Shown: positions 1-12,650, counted from the whole stretch's first letter. The stretch: DNA of 63,529 bases, filler included, from Thraustochytrium aureum (GCA_012862495.1; 5 parts of 4 records of this genome joined end to end with filler, not necessarily neighbours in it), one strand, 5' to 3'. Made by a program: numbers and translations. Notes: generated by a model not told the origin, from the letters alone.

Positions 1-1462
1 TGTGGATGGACAGGATGGCTGCTTTGGATAGAGCACGGGCTGCCTTGCAGGTCGAGACTGGCAGGGGTTTGACGGAATCCGAGTCTGTGGAGCTCGAGTC
101 TGTGCACGAAAAAGCCTTCGAGGGAAACGCTTGTCCGCGATGGAACCCAATTCAAAAGTCAGTCAGTCAAAAGTTCCAGCGGACAAGGAGGTCCACCTCG
201 CGTCGACAGAGGTTGCCTCTCCGACCCACTCGACTGGCCCAAGCCTATTTTCTACGCGACGCCCCGCAAAGCGTCCGGGCGTCAGTCTGTCTGCCCACGG
301 AGAAAGAGAGTTGCACACTACAGAGTCAGTTTTCCAAGTTAGGTTCCCGCGTCTCCCGTTCATCTGGACACGACCAGGACAGTCTGAAGAGCTTTGACCG
401 CTGCGGTGCCCGGGCCACCACCGGCAGGAGCAGGCCCCCTGGCCCGCTCCAGCACTGTGGCGAAACGCCACGCCCTAAACGATTGCAGTGTCAACCTGCG
501 CGCCTTGGCTTGCAGCAACGAGGTCAAGGCGACGTAGCGGTCCAGCGCGAGGACCGACTCGCAGGCGTCAAAAAGCTCGCTGCCCCCGCTCAGCGACTCG
601 GGCTGCTCCGTTTCTCGGAGCGATCGCAGAGCGCGTGCGTTGGTGCGCCAGGCCTTGAGCGCGCGGAGCGCCCGGAATTCCTGCAGGCGCCTCCTAAAGA
701 CGCGCACGACGCGCCTAGTCACTGCCGCTCCAAACCAATGAACCAAGGCTCGGCGAGAGCGCGCGCTGGCCGCGACCCTGGTGAGCTTGCGGGCGGCGCG
801 CCGCCGCCGNNNNNNNNNNNNNNNNNNNNNNNNNNNNNNNNNNNNNNNNNNNNNNNNNNNNNNNNNNNNNNNNNNNNNNNNNNNNNNNNNNNNNNNNNNN
901 NNNNNNNNNNNNNNNNNNNNNNNNNNNNNNNNNNNNNNNNNNNNNNNNNNNNNNNNNNNNNNNNNNNNNNNNNNNNNNNNNNNNNNNNNNNNNNNNNNNN
1001 NNNNNNNNNNNNNNNNNNNNNNNNNNNNNNNNNNNNNNNNNNNNNNNNNNNNNNNNNNNNNNNNNNNNNNNNNNNNNNNNNNNNNNNNNNNNNNNNNNNN
1101 NNNNNNNNNNNNNNNNNNNNNNNNNNNNNNNNNNNNNNNNNNNNNNNNNNNNNNNNNNNNNNNNNNNNNNNNNNNNNNNNNNNNNNNNNNNNNNNNNNNN
1201 NNNNNNNNNNNNNNNNNNNNNNNNNNNNNNNNNNNNNNNNNNNNGGCTCGCGCGCGTGCCCGCCCGAGCCGCGGCCTGCTCGCGCCAGCAGGCCGGCCTC
1301 GGCGGCACAGCGACAGACTCGGCCAGGCCATGAGCCACGGCGAGGCAGCTTCTCCCGCGGAAGAGTCAGTCCTCGGCAGCCAGCGCTGGCGCCAGCGCTG
1401 GCCAGTGCAGCCAGGCCCAGGCGTCGGTTCACAGACGTTGTGCGGCGGCTGACCTGACCGGG

Positions 1463-3230
1463 TCAGTTGGCCGTGAAGAGCATCTCCAAGTACATGGCCA
1501 CGATCGAGTCTGTAAAGGTCTCGAGCGGCGGCAAGTGCGCCTGGACAGACTCGACGACCGCCGCCCGGTGCTCCGGGGTGCTCGAAGCGAGGTTTGCGAG
1601 GCCCTTGGCGGAAGACCGCTGGTGCTCGACCCGCGAGCTGTGCCGGAGGATCTGCGCGAAGAGCCGCGGTGCGCCGTACTTTACCAGCCGAGGCTTGTTG
1701 GCCTCCTTGATGGCCAGGACGCTGAGCGTCTGCGCGAGAAATGCCAGCTCCGACGAGCCCTCGTGCGGGGCCTGCGATGCCGCTGAAAGCAGCGGCGCAA
1801 TAAATGTTGCCAGTTCGTTTGTCTCGTCTTGTTTGGCGCGGCCGAGAAGAGCTTCGGCAATGATCTCGCGCGCCCGACGAGACGAGGTCCGGGCCAGTGT
1901 CTCTACCATGAGGCGCAGTGGGCACTCGACTTTCTCCCCGTGACAGATTGCGCGCAGCCGCGGGGCGTACGTGTCGGCTTTGGGGCGCTGGCCGTCCCGC
2001 TCTAACAGGTCGTGCTCTGCCGCTTCCTGGGTCGCGCGCTCCTCCTCCTCCTCGATGAGCATGATCAGCACCTCGAACCCACCCGCACGGAAAAGCACCG
2101 CGCTCTCCTCCTCGCGCCGCGAAAGCTGCACAAGAATGTCGGCGACAAGCGGCCCAGTGGGCCCCAGCGCTGCAACACGCCGAAGGGCCCGAACGAGGCG
2201 GGCGCCCTCCACCATGGCAACGCGCCGAAGCGAGTCGTCGCCGCACTCGCGCAGAACGGCCTCAAGCGCCATACACTGGATCTGTGGCATTGTGGCCGAC
2301 TCGAGCGTCCCGATGGCGTCCTCGAGGTCTGCGACGGGCTCGGATTTTGACTCGAGCTGGCCGAGGCGCGGGAGCCGGCGCGGCGCGCGGGGCTTGTGGG
2401 ATCCACGCTCTCTCTTTTGTCCTTGTGCGAGAGGCAAAGCAGGCCGCGCGCGGCGAGCTGCCGCGTCGCGGGGTCGCTCGCGCGCGAGAGGTGAATGAGA
2501 GCCCCGCCTGCGCCGACCCGAACCATCGCGTCCTTCGTAATAGGATCGCTGACGCACGCGCCCAGGATGGCTGCGCAGCCCTCTGCGACCGACTCGCTGC
2601 GGGAATGCAGAGCTAGGGTGCAAATCCAGCGGCCACACTGCAGGGCGGCGCCGGGGCTCAGGTTGGCCGTTGCGCCGTACGGCGTGCACAGCACGGTTCG
2701 CAGTAGCGCGCATGCCCTCTCTGCTACGCCCTGCTCGGACGCCGCGAGCATCTCAACCAGCACCTTGATTGGTCCAGGGCCAATTTTCACGGGCTGGCCG
2801 GACGGCGTGCGTGAGAGGTCGCCCTTGATGGCAGCGCCCACCGCAGTCAGTGTGTAGGACTGGAAGTGGCGCCACCTGGACAGCACCTGGCCCAGCTCGG
2901 CCTGGGCTGCGGGCCTGAGCTGCTTTTCTAGCGTCGGAAATACGTGCGCGCCGTCCTCGAGCACATCGCCGACGCAGAGCGAGTCGGGCAGCAGGTAGTC
3001 CTTGCTGTCGCGCAGCGAGTGCGTGGCGAGCGGCCTTCTCGCCCACCAGGCGCAGTCAGCGCCAGCCCAATCGCAACCGCGCAGCTCGCCTGCAAGCCAC
3101 ATACTTACGGCGCATTCGGATTGAGCTCAGCAAAGTTGCGCTCGATCGCGTTTCGAAGCTCGAACACGGTGGCGCTGCTGCTGCAACACGTCAGAAAGTC
3201 CGTGCCTCCCGCATGCACCAGCAGCTTCAT
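1463..3230 (-). CDS. Armadillo/ARM-like repeat protein with N-terminal ubiquitin-like domain; exon 1 3230-3109, intron 3108-3035, apparent frameshift near 2370-2400
   Basis: ATG at 3230 (MKLLVHAGGTDFL...) splices via GTAAGT...CTGAC...AG in frame into ORF 2065..3102 (PLATHSLRDSKDYLLPDSLCVGDVLEDG). ARM-like helices (AMVRVGAGGALIHLSRASDPATRQLAARGLLCLS; ANKPRLVKYGAPRLFAQIL...SAKGLANLA) are split over two frames. Confidence 0.6.
3035..3108 (-). other. Spliceosomal intron (74 nt)
   Basis: GTAAGT donor, CTGAC branch motif, AG acceptor; removal joins two coding frames (CC|G = Pro). Confidence 0.8.
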
Positions 3231-3546
3231 CTTCGTGTGAAACCAGACGCCCCGCACTATCTCTCGCGCTCAATCTGCTCGCCTCGCTGCTCGCCGTCGC
3301 GGCCTTGGCGCGAGGCCGGCTGGCCGGCTGCACGGTCAGGTCTGGGAGGCCGGCCGCCTTGCGTCAATATGGCCGTTGGGGACTGTGCTCCTGGGCGACC
3401 CCATACCGATCTCTCCGGCCCCGGGTCGCGCAGGCCGGGCGCAGCGAGGGCGCCGGCGGAGGCACGCAAGAGATCGCGAGACAGCTGCGCTGCCCGCTCG
3501 TTCGCGTCACTGCGCACTGCCTGCGGCCCGGGCGCGCTCGAGCGGT

Positions 3547-4593
3547 ATGGACCCCTTGGCGGACCGCGAGCATGCCGAGTACCAACTCGCCCTCGCCTCC
3601 GTGGCAAGCTCGCTGCTCAAGAGCAAGACGCACGTTGCGAGAGGCGGCGCGAGGTTGCCCGAGAGGTAAGTGGCTGGCTGCTTGTGGCGCTGGCCCGGCG
3701 GCTGGCTGACCGATGTTGGCTGCAGCGTCCGCCGTGTCCTGCGGTCCAACGCGTGGCGAGCTGCGTCCATGCTTGAAGAAGGCGCCACCGGCGTGACTTG
3801 CGAAGGCGCTGGCGCCATGGGTCGCGCCGCACATGAGCTCGTGGCTTCCTTGGTGGCTCATATCGACGACCTCGATAGGGAACGGGCGCGGGACAAGGAG
3901 GACCTTGCAGACGCAATCGCGACGATGCAAAAGTGGCGCGCTCGCGAAGAGCTTCAAAGGCAAAAGCGTCGCGAGGCGGAGGAAGGTTTCGCGCTGGAGG
4001 TTGCCGAGCTTGCACGCCTCGAGGCCGAAAACTTGAACATGCGCAGGGCGCTCCAACTCGCTAAGGCTGAGCTAGAGCACGCAACGCGCACGGCCGCGTG
4101 CGAGCACCTGCGCCACTCGCGCTGCGCGAGCATCACGACTGTGGAGGACCTCTTGGGGAGCTCTGCAGAAGACTCGGCGTCGGCGTGGGGGGATTGCGAC
4201 TCTTCTAGCAATTGGGTCCAGGCCGGCACGGAGCGAGCGGCGCGGGCGCAAAACGGCGAAGCGTGCGATCGGAGGCCGCGCGTGCTGAGCGACCCCTTGC
4301 CAGGCGAGTCTGAGGATTTTTTCGAGCCTCGGCTCCGCACGCCAAGCGGCGCGTCGCAGTCCTCTGGTGATAGTTTTAGTGTCTCAAGCAAGGCTTCCCG
4401 AGCCCGGCTGCAGACGCGGCTCTACACAGCAGAGGAGGGGGAGGAGGAGAGCAAGTCTGTTGCTGCGAGCCAGGCCACAGACCACGTTGCGGTTCTCGCA
4501 GCCGTCGAGAAGCGCATGTTTCGTATCCGATCAGCAGTGGAGGGCTGGGCAAGCGACGAGGCCGCGGCTTCCCCAACCAGGTCGATCTCGTAA
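3547..4593 (+). CDS. Hypothetical coiled-coil protein; exon 1 3547-3665, intron 3666-3725
   Basis: MDPLADREHAEYQLALAS... joins ORF 3670..4593 in frame after removing a 60-nt intron; heptad-rich segment (ALEVAELARLEAENLNMRRALQLAKAELE). Divergent from the ARM gene across about 316 bp. Confidence 0.6.
3666..3725 (+). other. Spliceosomal intron (60 nt)
   Basis: GTAAGT donor containing the in-frame TAA, GGCTGAC branch, TGCAG acceptor; length is a multiple of 3 and splicing preserves the frame. Confidence 0.8.
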
Positions 4594-5170
4594 CCTCGTA
4601 ACCTCGTAACTGAACACCTCTGTGTGTTACCTTGCCGCGCCGCCTCATCGCCGCGCAAGCGCTCTCGCTGTCCGGCACCGCGCCGCCCCACATGGCCAAA
4701 AGCCCGCCTCCGGTCGAGCGTTGCGAGCGTTGCGTGCTCTCGCTCGCAAGTTGGCACATCCACGCGCGCGCGTGTCCAGAGGCGTCCGCACACCCGCACA
4801 CAGTACCACCGACTCCTCCCATCCGGCGCTTGATGAGGGCAGGCTCCTCTGGCCGGGGTGAGCGCCAATCCTCCGAGGCGAGCTCGAGGTCCGTCATCAG
4901 GCGCACCTCGCCATCGACAGGCGTCTGTCTGTCTCGTCCTGCATTTGTTCTCTGGGGTGCGGAGGCTGCTCCAGCGCTCGCTCCTCGACGAGCAGGCTCG
5001 CTTGGATGATGATCTCGACCGGCGCATGCGTTCGTGCGTGCGACATACACGTTTCATACACGTTTCATTCGGTCAAAAAACCACTCGCGGCGCTTGCAGA
5101 CCCTGAACGCGTGGCACGACAGGGCGCGAAGCGCGCGAGCAGCTGAGCTGTGGGCCGAGGCGCAGGAAGG

Positions 5171-8100
5171 ATGCGGACGAGCGGACGACACGGACGGGCC
5201 TGGGCTAGAGCGGCTCTGCTGGCGGCGGTCGCGGTTGTTGTCAAGGCCACTGTCGCGACAGTGGCGCTGGACGGGCTCGAGACGGAGCCGGAGCTGCAAC
5301 TGGATGGGCAAGTGGGCGCCAAGGTCGCANNNNNNNNNNNNNNNNNNNNNNNNNNNNNNNNNNNNNNNNNNNNNNNNNNNNNNNNNNNNNNNNNNNNNNN
5401 NNNNNNNNNNNNNNNNNNNNNNNNNNNNNNNNNNNNNNNNNNNNNNNNNNNNNNNNNNNNNNNNNNNNNNNNNNNNNNNNNNNNNNNNNNNNNNNNNNNN
5501 NNNNNNNNNNNNNNNNNNNNNNNNNNNNNNNNNNNNNNNNNNNNNNNNNNNNNNNNNNNNNNNNNNNNNNNNNNNNNNNNNNNNNNNNNNNNNNNNNNNN
5601 NNNNNNNNNNNNNNNNNNNNNNNNNNNNNNNNNNNNNNNNNNNNNNNNNNNNNNNNNNNNNNNNNNNNNNNNNNNNNNNNNNNNNNNNNNNNNNNNNNNN
5701 NNNNNNNNNNNNNNNNNNNNNNNNNNNNNNNNNNNNNNNNNNNNNNNNNNNNNNNNNNNNNNNNNNNNNNNNNNNNNNNNNNNNNNNNNNNNNNNNNNNN
5801 NNNNNNNNNNNNNNNNNNNNNNNNNNNNNNNNNNNNNNNNNNNNNNNNNNNNNNNNNNNNNNNNNNNNNNNNNNNNNNNNNNNNNNNNNNNNNNNNNNNN
5901 NNNNNNNNNNNNNNNNNNNNNNNNNNNNNNNNNNNNNNNNNNNNNNNNNNNNNNCTTTACGAGGACGAGCACAGGCTGGGAGAAGGGCGCCACAGAGGTT
6001 ATCTTCGTCCTCGATCGCAGACTCTCGTCCTTCGGGCAAACGGTGGCTGTGGGCCCAACGCACCTCGCCGTTGGCGCCCCAGAGAGCGGGGTTGTATTTT
6101 CTTACCCGCGGAGTTTTGACGTCGTCACGATCGGGTTCAATCCTACCTCGCCGGCTCCACAAGAGCGGCTGGAGGCAAGCCCCGACTTTGACCGCTTTGG
6201 CCAATCTCTCTCCATGGACGCGACGTCGTTGGTGGTGAGCGCGAGGAGGGCCGCCATCCAGTCGCAGCTTTTCGTCTACGCACTCAACCGGTTCTCTACC
6301 TGGGAGCTGGCCGCGACGCTCAACCTTGCACCTGCAGATGGGCCGTTCGACGTTGAAGACCCGTACAACGCGAGGCCGCTAAACCTGCCCGTTTGGAAGG
6401 TGGACGTCAGCGACGACTCGCTGATTGCAGCTTCCTCGGAGTTTTTGGACGACGTCATTGGCACGGAGCGAATCAACCATGCAGATGCTCTCGGGTTCAA
6501 GCGCAGGAATGGGCTTTGGGACCCCACGCCATTCGTGCAGTTTCTCGAGCCGTTTACATCGGCAGCGATTTCGGGCGATAAAATCCTCTCCGTGAGCGAA
6601 TCCAGACGCGCGAGCGTCGAGTTGCAAGAGGTCGCGCAGAACACGAGCGTGGTGCTGCTCGGCCGAGTCCTGATCGACAGGGTTTCCGCTGTTGTTGGCG
6701 CGGGCGGCGGGGCGATGGTTTATTGCACAGGCTCGTCTTGCTTTCCGCTGCCTGGATGGCAAGGTCCTGCGCCTACACGGTTCCCTACTCTGTTTCCGTC
6801 GCCGCTTCCCGCGACCGAGGCGCCATCGCTCGATCCTCGTGGGCCGTCTGCTCAGCCAACCGTCTCGCCTTCCACTGCGCCAGCGACAATCGCACCGTCA
6901 GCGACGCCTCCGCCTGAGATCTTTTCAGTGACGTGGGCTGCTGCCACGTTCGACCCCGTGGTGCACCGCTTCAGCTCGTTCACAAGCTTTCTGTCTACCA
7001 TAATCGCGCAAGCGGCGGGGTTGCCACGAGACCGGGTTCTGCTGCACGACGTGAGGAACGGTAGCGTCATCGTGGAATATGCGTTCCTGGGCCCAGTGCC
7101 GGCAAACGCAACTGAAGCGTCGCTTGCTGCTCGAATCAAGGCTATCGCGCGCGCGAACGACGCAGGTGAGCGCTTTGGACTTGTGGACGATCCGGCGCCG
7201 AAAACAGCTGCCCCTTCAACGGCCCCGACCGCCGCGCCGGGGCCGTCCATTGCCGGCTCGGTGGTGGGCGGCGTTGTCGGCGCGCTTGTTGCAGTGGCTG
7301 TTGTGACATTGTTGTGCTTTGTTCTGCTCCGTCGCCGCAGGGCTCGCAAGATTGGCAAGGCAGGGACCAGCACGGCCGACGAGCTCAAGTCGGAAGTCTC
7401 GCGCGGCGTGGACGCGCGCACCCCCGTCAAGGGCCTCGAGGGCGGGACAAGTGAAGCTGCAACTGCGCCGCTTGAGCTTCGGGGGGGCTCTGATCTGGAG
7501 GAGGGCGGCGAACTCGCGACCACGAGCTACTCGACAAGCAGCACCGTTGGGTCGGCCGTGCCACGGACGTGTGAGGCCGCCACAAGCGACCTGTCCCTCC
7601 GGAGTAAAGCCAGCCTCCAAGAAACCGTCCTGCTCACCGCCCACACTGGCCCCAGAGCCTCGCCGAGCTTGTCGAGCTGGCGTTGGCCCCTCCGCTTGCG
7701 CGAGGAGGTCCTGGTCGCGGCGAGGCGGTCAGAGGCGTTTGCGATGAGCGCCCGAGGCGCCAAGCAGCCGTCCGAGCTGGACGCCCTCGAAGCCATGATG
7801 ACTGAGCTGGGAAACCTCATCGAGGGGTCCAGGGACGCCGTCTCTGAATTGACGACGACTAGCAGCGAGAGCCTGGAGCTGCACGCGGAGATCTACGCTG
7901 CAACAGCGTCGCGGCGCCAAGATGCGGCGATGCACGCCCTGGTCAGGAAGATTAACGCCACGCTCGACCGCTGCGGCGCCGAGCCAGCTGCCGTAGCCCT
8001 CGGCGAATCGGTGCGGTTGGATTCGCACGCCATTGATGTGGCTTGCGCGCGTCGAGTGGCGCGCATCTTGGCCGATGCAGACAGCCGCAACTCAGCCATT

Positions 8101-8401
8101 GAGGAAGAAGACTCTGGCCAGCTTTCCGCGGGCGTCGCATCGTCTCAGACGGATGTCATCCGCAAAGCGCGTCTCGAACATAACGCGCACGCGCGCCGTG
8201 TCGTGGTGGGCTTTGAGAGCGCCGACCCGGCCGCGCTTTGCCAGGCTCTCGACGACCTGGCGGCCTCCTCGACGCTGCAGGTGACCAAAGACCGCGCGGA
8301 CGTCAAGATGGAGGACCTTGCGTTTGGTAGGCTGCTTGGCCAGGGCGGCTTTGGCGTTGTCGTGCAAGCCACCTGGCACGGAACGGATGTCGCGGTCAAG
8401 C
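5171..8401 (+). CDS. Receptor-like TKL-group protein kinase 1 (partial, gapped): signal peptide, FG-GAP-like repeats, P/T stalk, SEA-like domain, TM, kinase N-lobe
   Basis: Hydrophobic leader (AALLAAVAVVVKA); FGQTVAVG and FGQSLSMD repeats; PT-rich linker; VRNGSVIVEY; TM IAGSVVGGVVGALVAVAVVTLLCFVLL followed by RRRRARK; kinase LAFGRLLGQGGFGVVVQATWHGTDVAVK running into a gap. Linking 5171 across the first gap is inferred. Confidence 0.75.
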
Positions 8402-9173
8402 NNNNNNNNNNNNNNNNNNNNNNNNNNNNNNNNNNNNNNNNNNNNNNNNNNNNNNNNNNNNNNNNNNNNNNNNNNNNNNNNNNNNNNNNNNNNNNNNNNN
8501 NNNNNNNNNNNNNNNNNNNNNNNNNNNNNNNNNNNNNNNNNNNNNNNNNNNNNNNNNNNNNNNNNNNNNNNNNNNNNNNNNNNNNNNNNNNNNNNNNNNN
8601 NNNNNNNNNNNNNNNNNNNNNNNNNNNNNNNNNNNNNNNNNNNNNNNNNNNNNNNNNNNNNNNNNNNNNNNNNNNNNNNNNNNNNNNNNNNNNNNNNNNN
8701 NNNNNNNNNNNNNNNNNNNNNNNNNNNNNNNNNNNNNNNNNNNNNNNNNNNNNNNNNNNNNNNNNNNNNNNNNNNNNNNNNNNNNNNNNNNNNNNNNNNN
8801 NNNNNNNNNNNNNNNNNNNNNNNNNNNNNNNNNNNNNNNNNNNNNNNNNNNNNNNNNNNNNNNNNNNNNNNNNNNNNNNNNNNNNNNNNNNNNNNNNNNN
8901 NNNNNNNNNNNNNNNNNNNNNNNNNNNNNNNNNNNNNNNNNNNNNNNNNNNNNNNNNNNNNNNNNNNNNNNNNNNNNNNNNNNNNNNNNNNNNNNNNNNN
9001 NNNNNNNNNNNNNNNNNNNNNNNNNNNNNNNNNNNNTACACAAGTAAACCGGTACTTGCGCTGTCAGCGCTTCCGCGTCCACGGAGTCATCACCCGCGCA
9101 TGGGCTGTGAGAGCAGAGGAGAGTACTCCACGCACTAGCTAGCTGGAGTACACGGCTGGCACGTTGCCCCCTT

Positions 9174-11886
9174 ATGCCCGCAGTTCCCTCACGATGCCAA
9201 GCCAGACGCCCAAACCCAGCGCGACGAACGGTGCCAAGCCAGACGCAGGCAGATCCCAAACCCAACACGGCGAACGACAAGACCAGGCGGTGCTGCACGT
9301 TCGAACCAGAGACGGCAAAGGCTTCAGGAATCGTCGCTGGCACGGCAGAGCAGGGGAAAGAGCTCAAGACAAACCCGCCGCTCGAGCTTGGAGATGTTTC
9401 GCGAGGTCTTCGCGATCTCTTGGTTGTGGCCTTGGGGTGCTTGATCGGGTACCTTGTAAACAAGGCGAAAAACGAGAGCCTCAAGCCGGAGATTTGCACA
9501 ATCTACAATCACGAGATCGAGCGGCGAACGTGCTATCGCGCGTGCCATTGTCGCCAGGTGTGTCGAACCGACAAGAACAACAAATCAGTATGCAGTACGA
9601 AATGTGACACGTGCCCGTACACGTGCCATGCGGGCCACCTCCGCCTCAAGTGGAACTGCTTGGTGGAGCACAGTGACTTTGCTAACCTCGAGTCATGCAC
9701 AACGGGACGCGTCGCGGATGCGGTCTCCAGCCACGACCATCGGTCAGACACGGAGCACTTGCTTGCTTCGTCCTACGCACTGGGCAGCCAGGTTGGATGT
9801 TTCGTCAACGTCGATTCATCCATCGCAAGTAACCCCAACAACGAGGTCCACCTCGAGCTCCACTCGCAAGACTCTGTGTTGATCGCCGCAATCGTCTTCT
9901 TCTCGCTCGCCGGCTCCATCGTGATCGTACTCCTCGGCATGTGGTGCCGATCGCACTGCTCGCTTCCCGAAATGCCACAACGCAAACGATCGGTTTCAGA
10001 GCGGACCTCCCCAAAGCCTAGGCCCGCTGTCGTCACGGCGCCAGAAACCAACCAACTCCACCTCGGCAAGTCCGGAGATGCGGCGTGGGTGCCTGCGGAC
10101 GCACTCTCTCTTGTCAGCCCGCGTTCTGGCGACGAGCGTGCTTGGTGGAGACCCGCTGCAAGCCCAGACCCTGCCGAAGCCCGCGAGCCGGCCTGGCGGG
10201 GCGCTGACCAAGCCACTGCGCAAGCCGCTCAGCACCTTGCCGGGCTGGCCCTGGAAGCGCTTCGGGCAGGTCTCGTTCGAGACGAGATTGTCGCTGCCGC
10301 AAACCGAGCAGGAGCGTTTGCGTCGAGCCCGAACCCGGTCCGGTTTGCCGTACACGGCGACGAAATTGGCACCCTGGTTTCCGAGCTCGGCCATCGCGTG
10401 GCCGGAGCTGCAGAAATGAACCTGGACATGCCAGTGCAAGGAGAATTGCACAGCCAAAGCGAGCAGCTGCACGCAGAAATCTATGCCGCCACCGCAACGC
10501 GCCGTCAGGACACTGCGATGCACACGTTGGTCGAAAAGATCAACGCGACCCTCGACCGCTACGGAGCCCCGCGCGCGGGCCCGCTTGGCGGCGAGGCAGA
10601 GCGGTCCATCTTGCACGCGATCGACGTGGACTGCGCGCGCCGAGTCGCGCGCCTGCTGGCCGACGCCGAGGCCGCCTCAAGCCCAGAGGAGGTTCACGTG
10701 TATGTGGAGGACGACCCGTCGCACAGCATGCCAGCCGCTCAAGTCGTCCAGCAGGAGCGGCTCGCACAGCACGCTCAGCGCGTCGTGGCAGGGTTTGAGG
10801 CCGCCAACCCGACCGAGCTCGCCCACGCACTCGACGAGCTGGCGGCAACTTGTACACTTCAAGTGACGAAGGACCGGGCCCACGTTGCGCTGGAAGACCT
10901 TGAGTTCGGTGCGGAGCTCGGCCGAGGAAGCTTTACAGTCGTCGTGCAGGCCAGATGGCGCGGCGCGGACGTCGCAGTGAAGATGGTCGGCGAGGCCGGC
11001 GCCGCATCCCTTNNNNNNNNNNNNNNNNNNNNNNNNNNNNNNNNNNNNNNNNNNNNNNNNNNNNNNNNNNNNNNNNNNNNNNNNNNNNNNNNNNNNNNNN
11101 NNNNNNNNNNNNNNNNNNNNNNNNNNNNNNNNNNNNNNNNNNNNNNNNNNNNNNNNNNNNNNNNNNNNNNNNNNNNNNNNNNNNNNNNNNNNNNNNNNNN
11201 NNNNNNNNNNNNNNNNNNNNNNNNNNNNNNNNGACCAGAGTAAGGGCCACTTTGGTTTTGTCATGGAGCGCTGCGACCGCTCGCTCAGCGACATGCTGTA
11301 CAAGAGCCAGGATGCGATCGACGCCGTCGTGCTGAGCTGCGTTGGGGCTGGCATCGCCCGCGGCCTCGAACACCTCCACAGCAAGGGCATGGTGCATCGA
11401 GACGTCAAGCCGCAGAACGTGCTCTTGTCGAACGGCGTTGCGGTGGTCAAGCTGTGCGGCTTTGGGATGAGCGAGTTTAAGGCCGAGAGGAAAGCGCGCG
11501 ACGCGCTGGACCGGGAGTGCGACCTCGCGGCGGCCTACGCAGCGCCCGAGCTGATTGCGGCGAGTGCGCTCGTCTGCTCCAAGAGCGACATCTTTTCGCT
11601 CGGCGTTTTGCTCGGCGAGGTGGTCGAGCGCCGACGGCCGTTCGGCAACGTGCTGCCTTGGTCCATTCCTGGAGCGATTAAGAGCGGCAAGCGGCCGTTT
11701 TTGACGCGCCCCTCAACCGTTTTCCCGGGCTGGGCTTTCGCGCTGATCGAGTCGTGCTGGGACGGCAGTTGCGCGGCGCGCCCCACCGCCGCACAAGTGG
11801 CCGCCATTTTCGAGTCGGAGCTCCCAGCTGACGCCTCACAGTCCGTGCCGGTCGCGACCATGGCAGGGCTAGGAGGCGCGAAGTAG
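9174..11886 (+). CDS. Receptor-like TKL-group kinase 2 (gapped), two TM segments flanking a Cys-rich loop; possible pseudokinase
   Basis: TM1 LLVVALGCLIGYLV, Cys-rich loop, TM2 VLIAAIVFFSLAGSIVIVLLGMW; LGRGSFTVVVQARWRGADVAVK before the gap; HRDVKPQNVLL, LCGFG, YAAPE, SDIFSLGV, CW..RPTA after the gap (ORF 11263..11886). Confidence 0.8.
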
Positions 11887-12509
11887 GGGCGTGCATCGTG
11901 GCGCAGCCGGAATGGGCCATCACCCGCTCGCTCGACCTCGTGCAGAAAGAACAAGAGCGCGTTTGTCCATCCGCGCTGGCCGGCATGGGTTCAGCTCCCG
12001 CGCTGACTCACTCTTGACGGCAACGCGCCCGAGTTCACTGAGGGACAGCCACCTCAGCCGACGGACACCAGCACACGCTGCTGGTGACGCCGCTGCACCT
12101 GCTGCGCATCTCTAGAGGCAGTCTGCGTTCGCGCCGCTGATGATGGCCGCCAAGCTCCGGCAAGTTGGCTTCGGCAACTTCGGCAACAGCAGAGTCCGCT
12201 TCGAACGCAGGCCAGGTCCCGTTGCAGGTCACGCAATGTCAGCGCGGCGCTCACGCACATGTCCTGCATGTCCCGAAACGTGCACAAGCCAGTCAGTGAG
12301 CGCAGCACAACGACGACCTTCGCGCTGACGTCCTTCAAGTTGGTCTCTCGGAGTGCCACGGTACTGAGAACTTTCAATCAAGTAAACCTAGTTTCCCCCT
12401 CTCGCTGTCCCCTTTCACGATCCCCTCTATTTCACGATCTCTAGCTAGGTATGTCGTCTCGCGCCTCACACATGTGAGGAGCTCGTCTGTAGGGAGTAAG
12501 TACGAACTC

Positions 12510-12650
12510 CTTTTTGCTTGTTTTTTGTTGGGTGTATCTGTTGGCTGGGGCTTCTTTCTGTTCGTTCGTTCGTTTGTTTGTGGTTTTTGTTGTGGTTTTT
12601 TGTTTGGTTTTTTTGTTGTGGTTTTTTTGTTGTGGTTTTTTTGTTGTTGG
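12510..12650. repeat. T/G-rich low-complexity tract
   Basis: Runs of TTTTTG(T)TG(TG)G in a GC-rich background. Confidence 0.8.

Noticed and set aside
360..1450. Minus-strand Arg/Trp-periodic frame resembling Sfi1-like repeats
   Set aside because: Possibly coding, but interrupted by a gap and too weak to assign.
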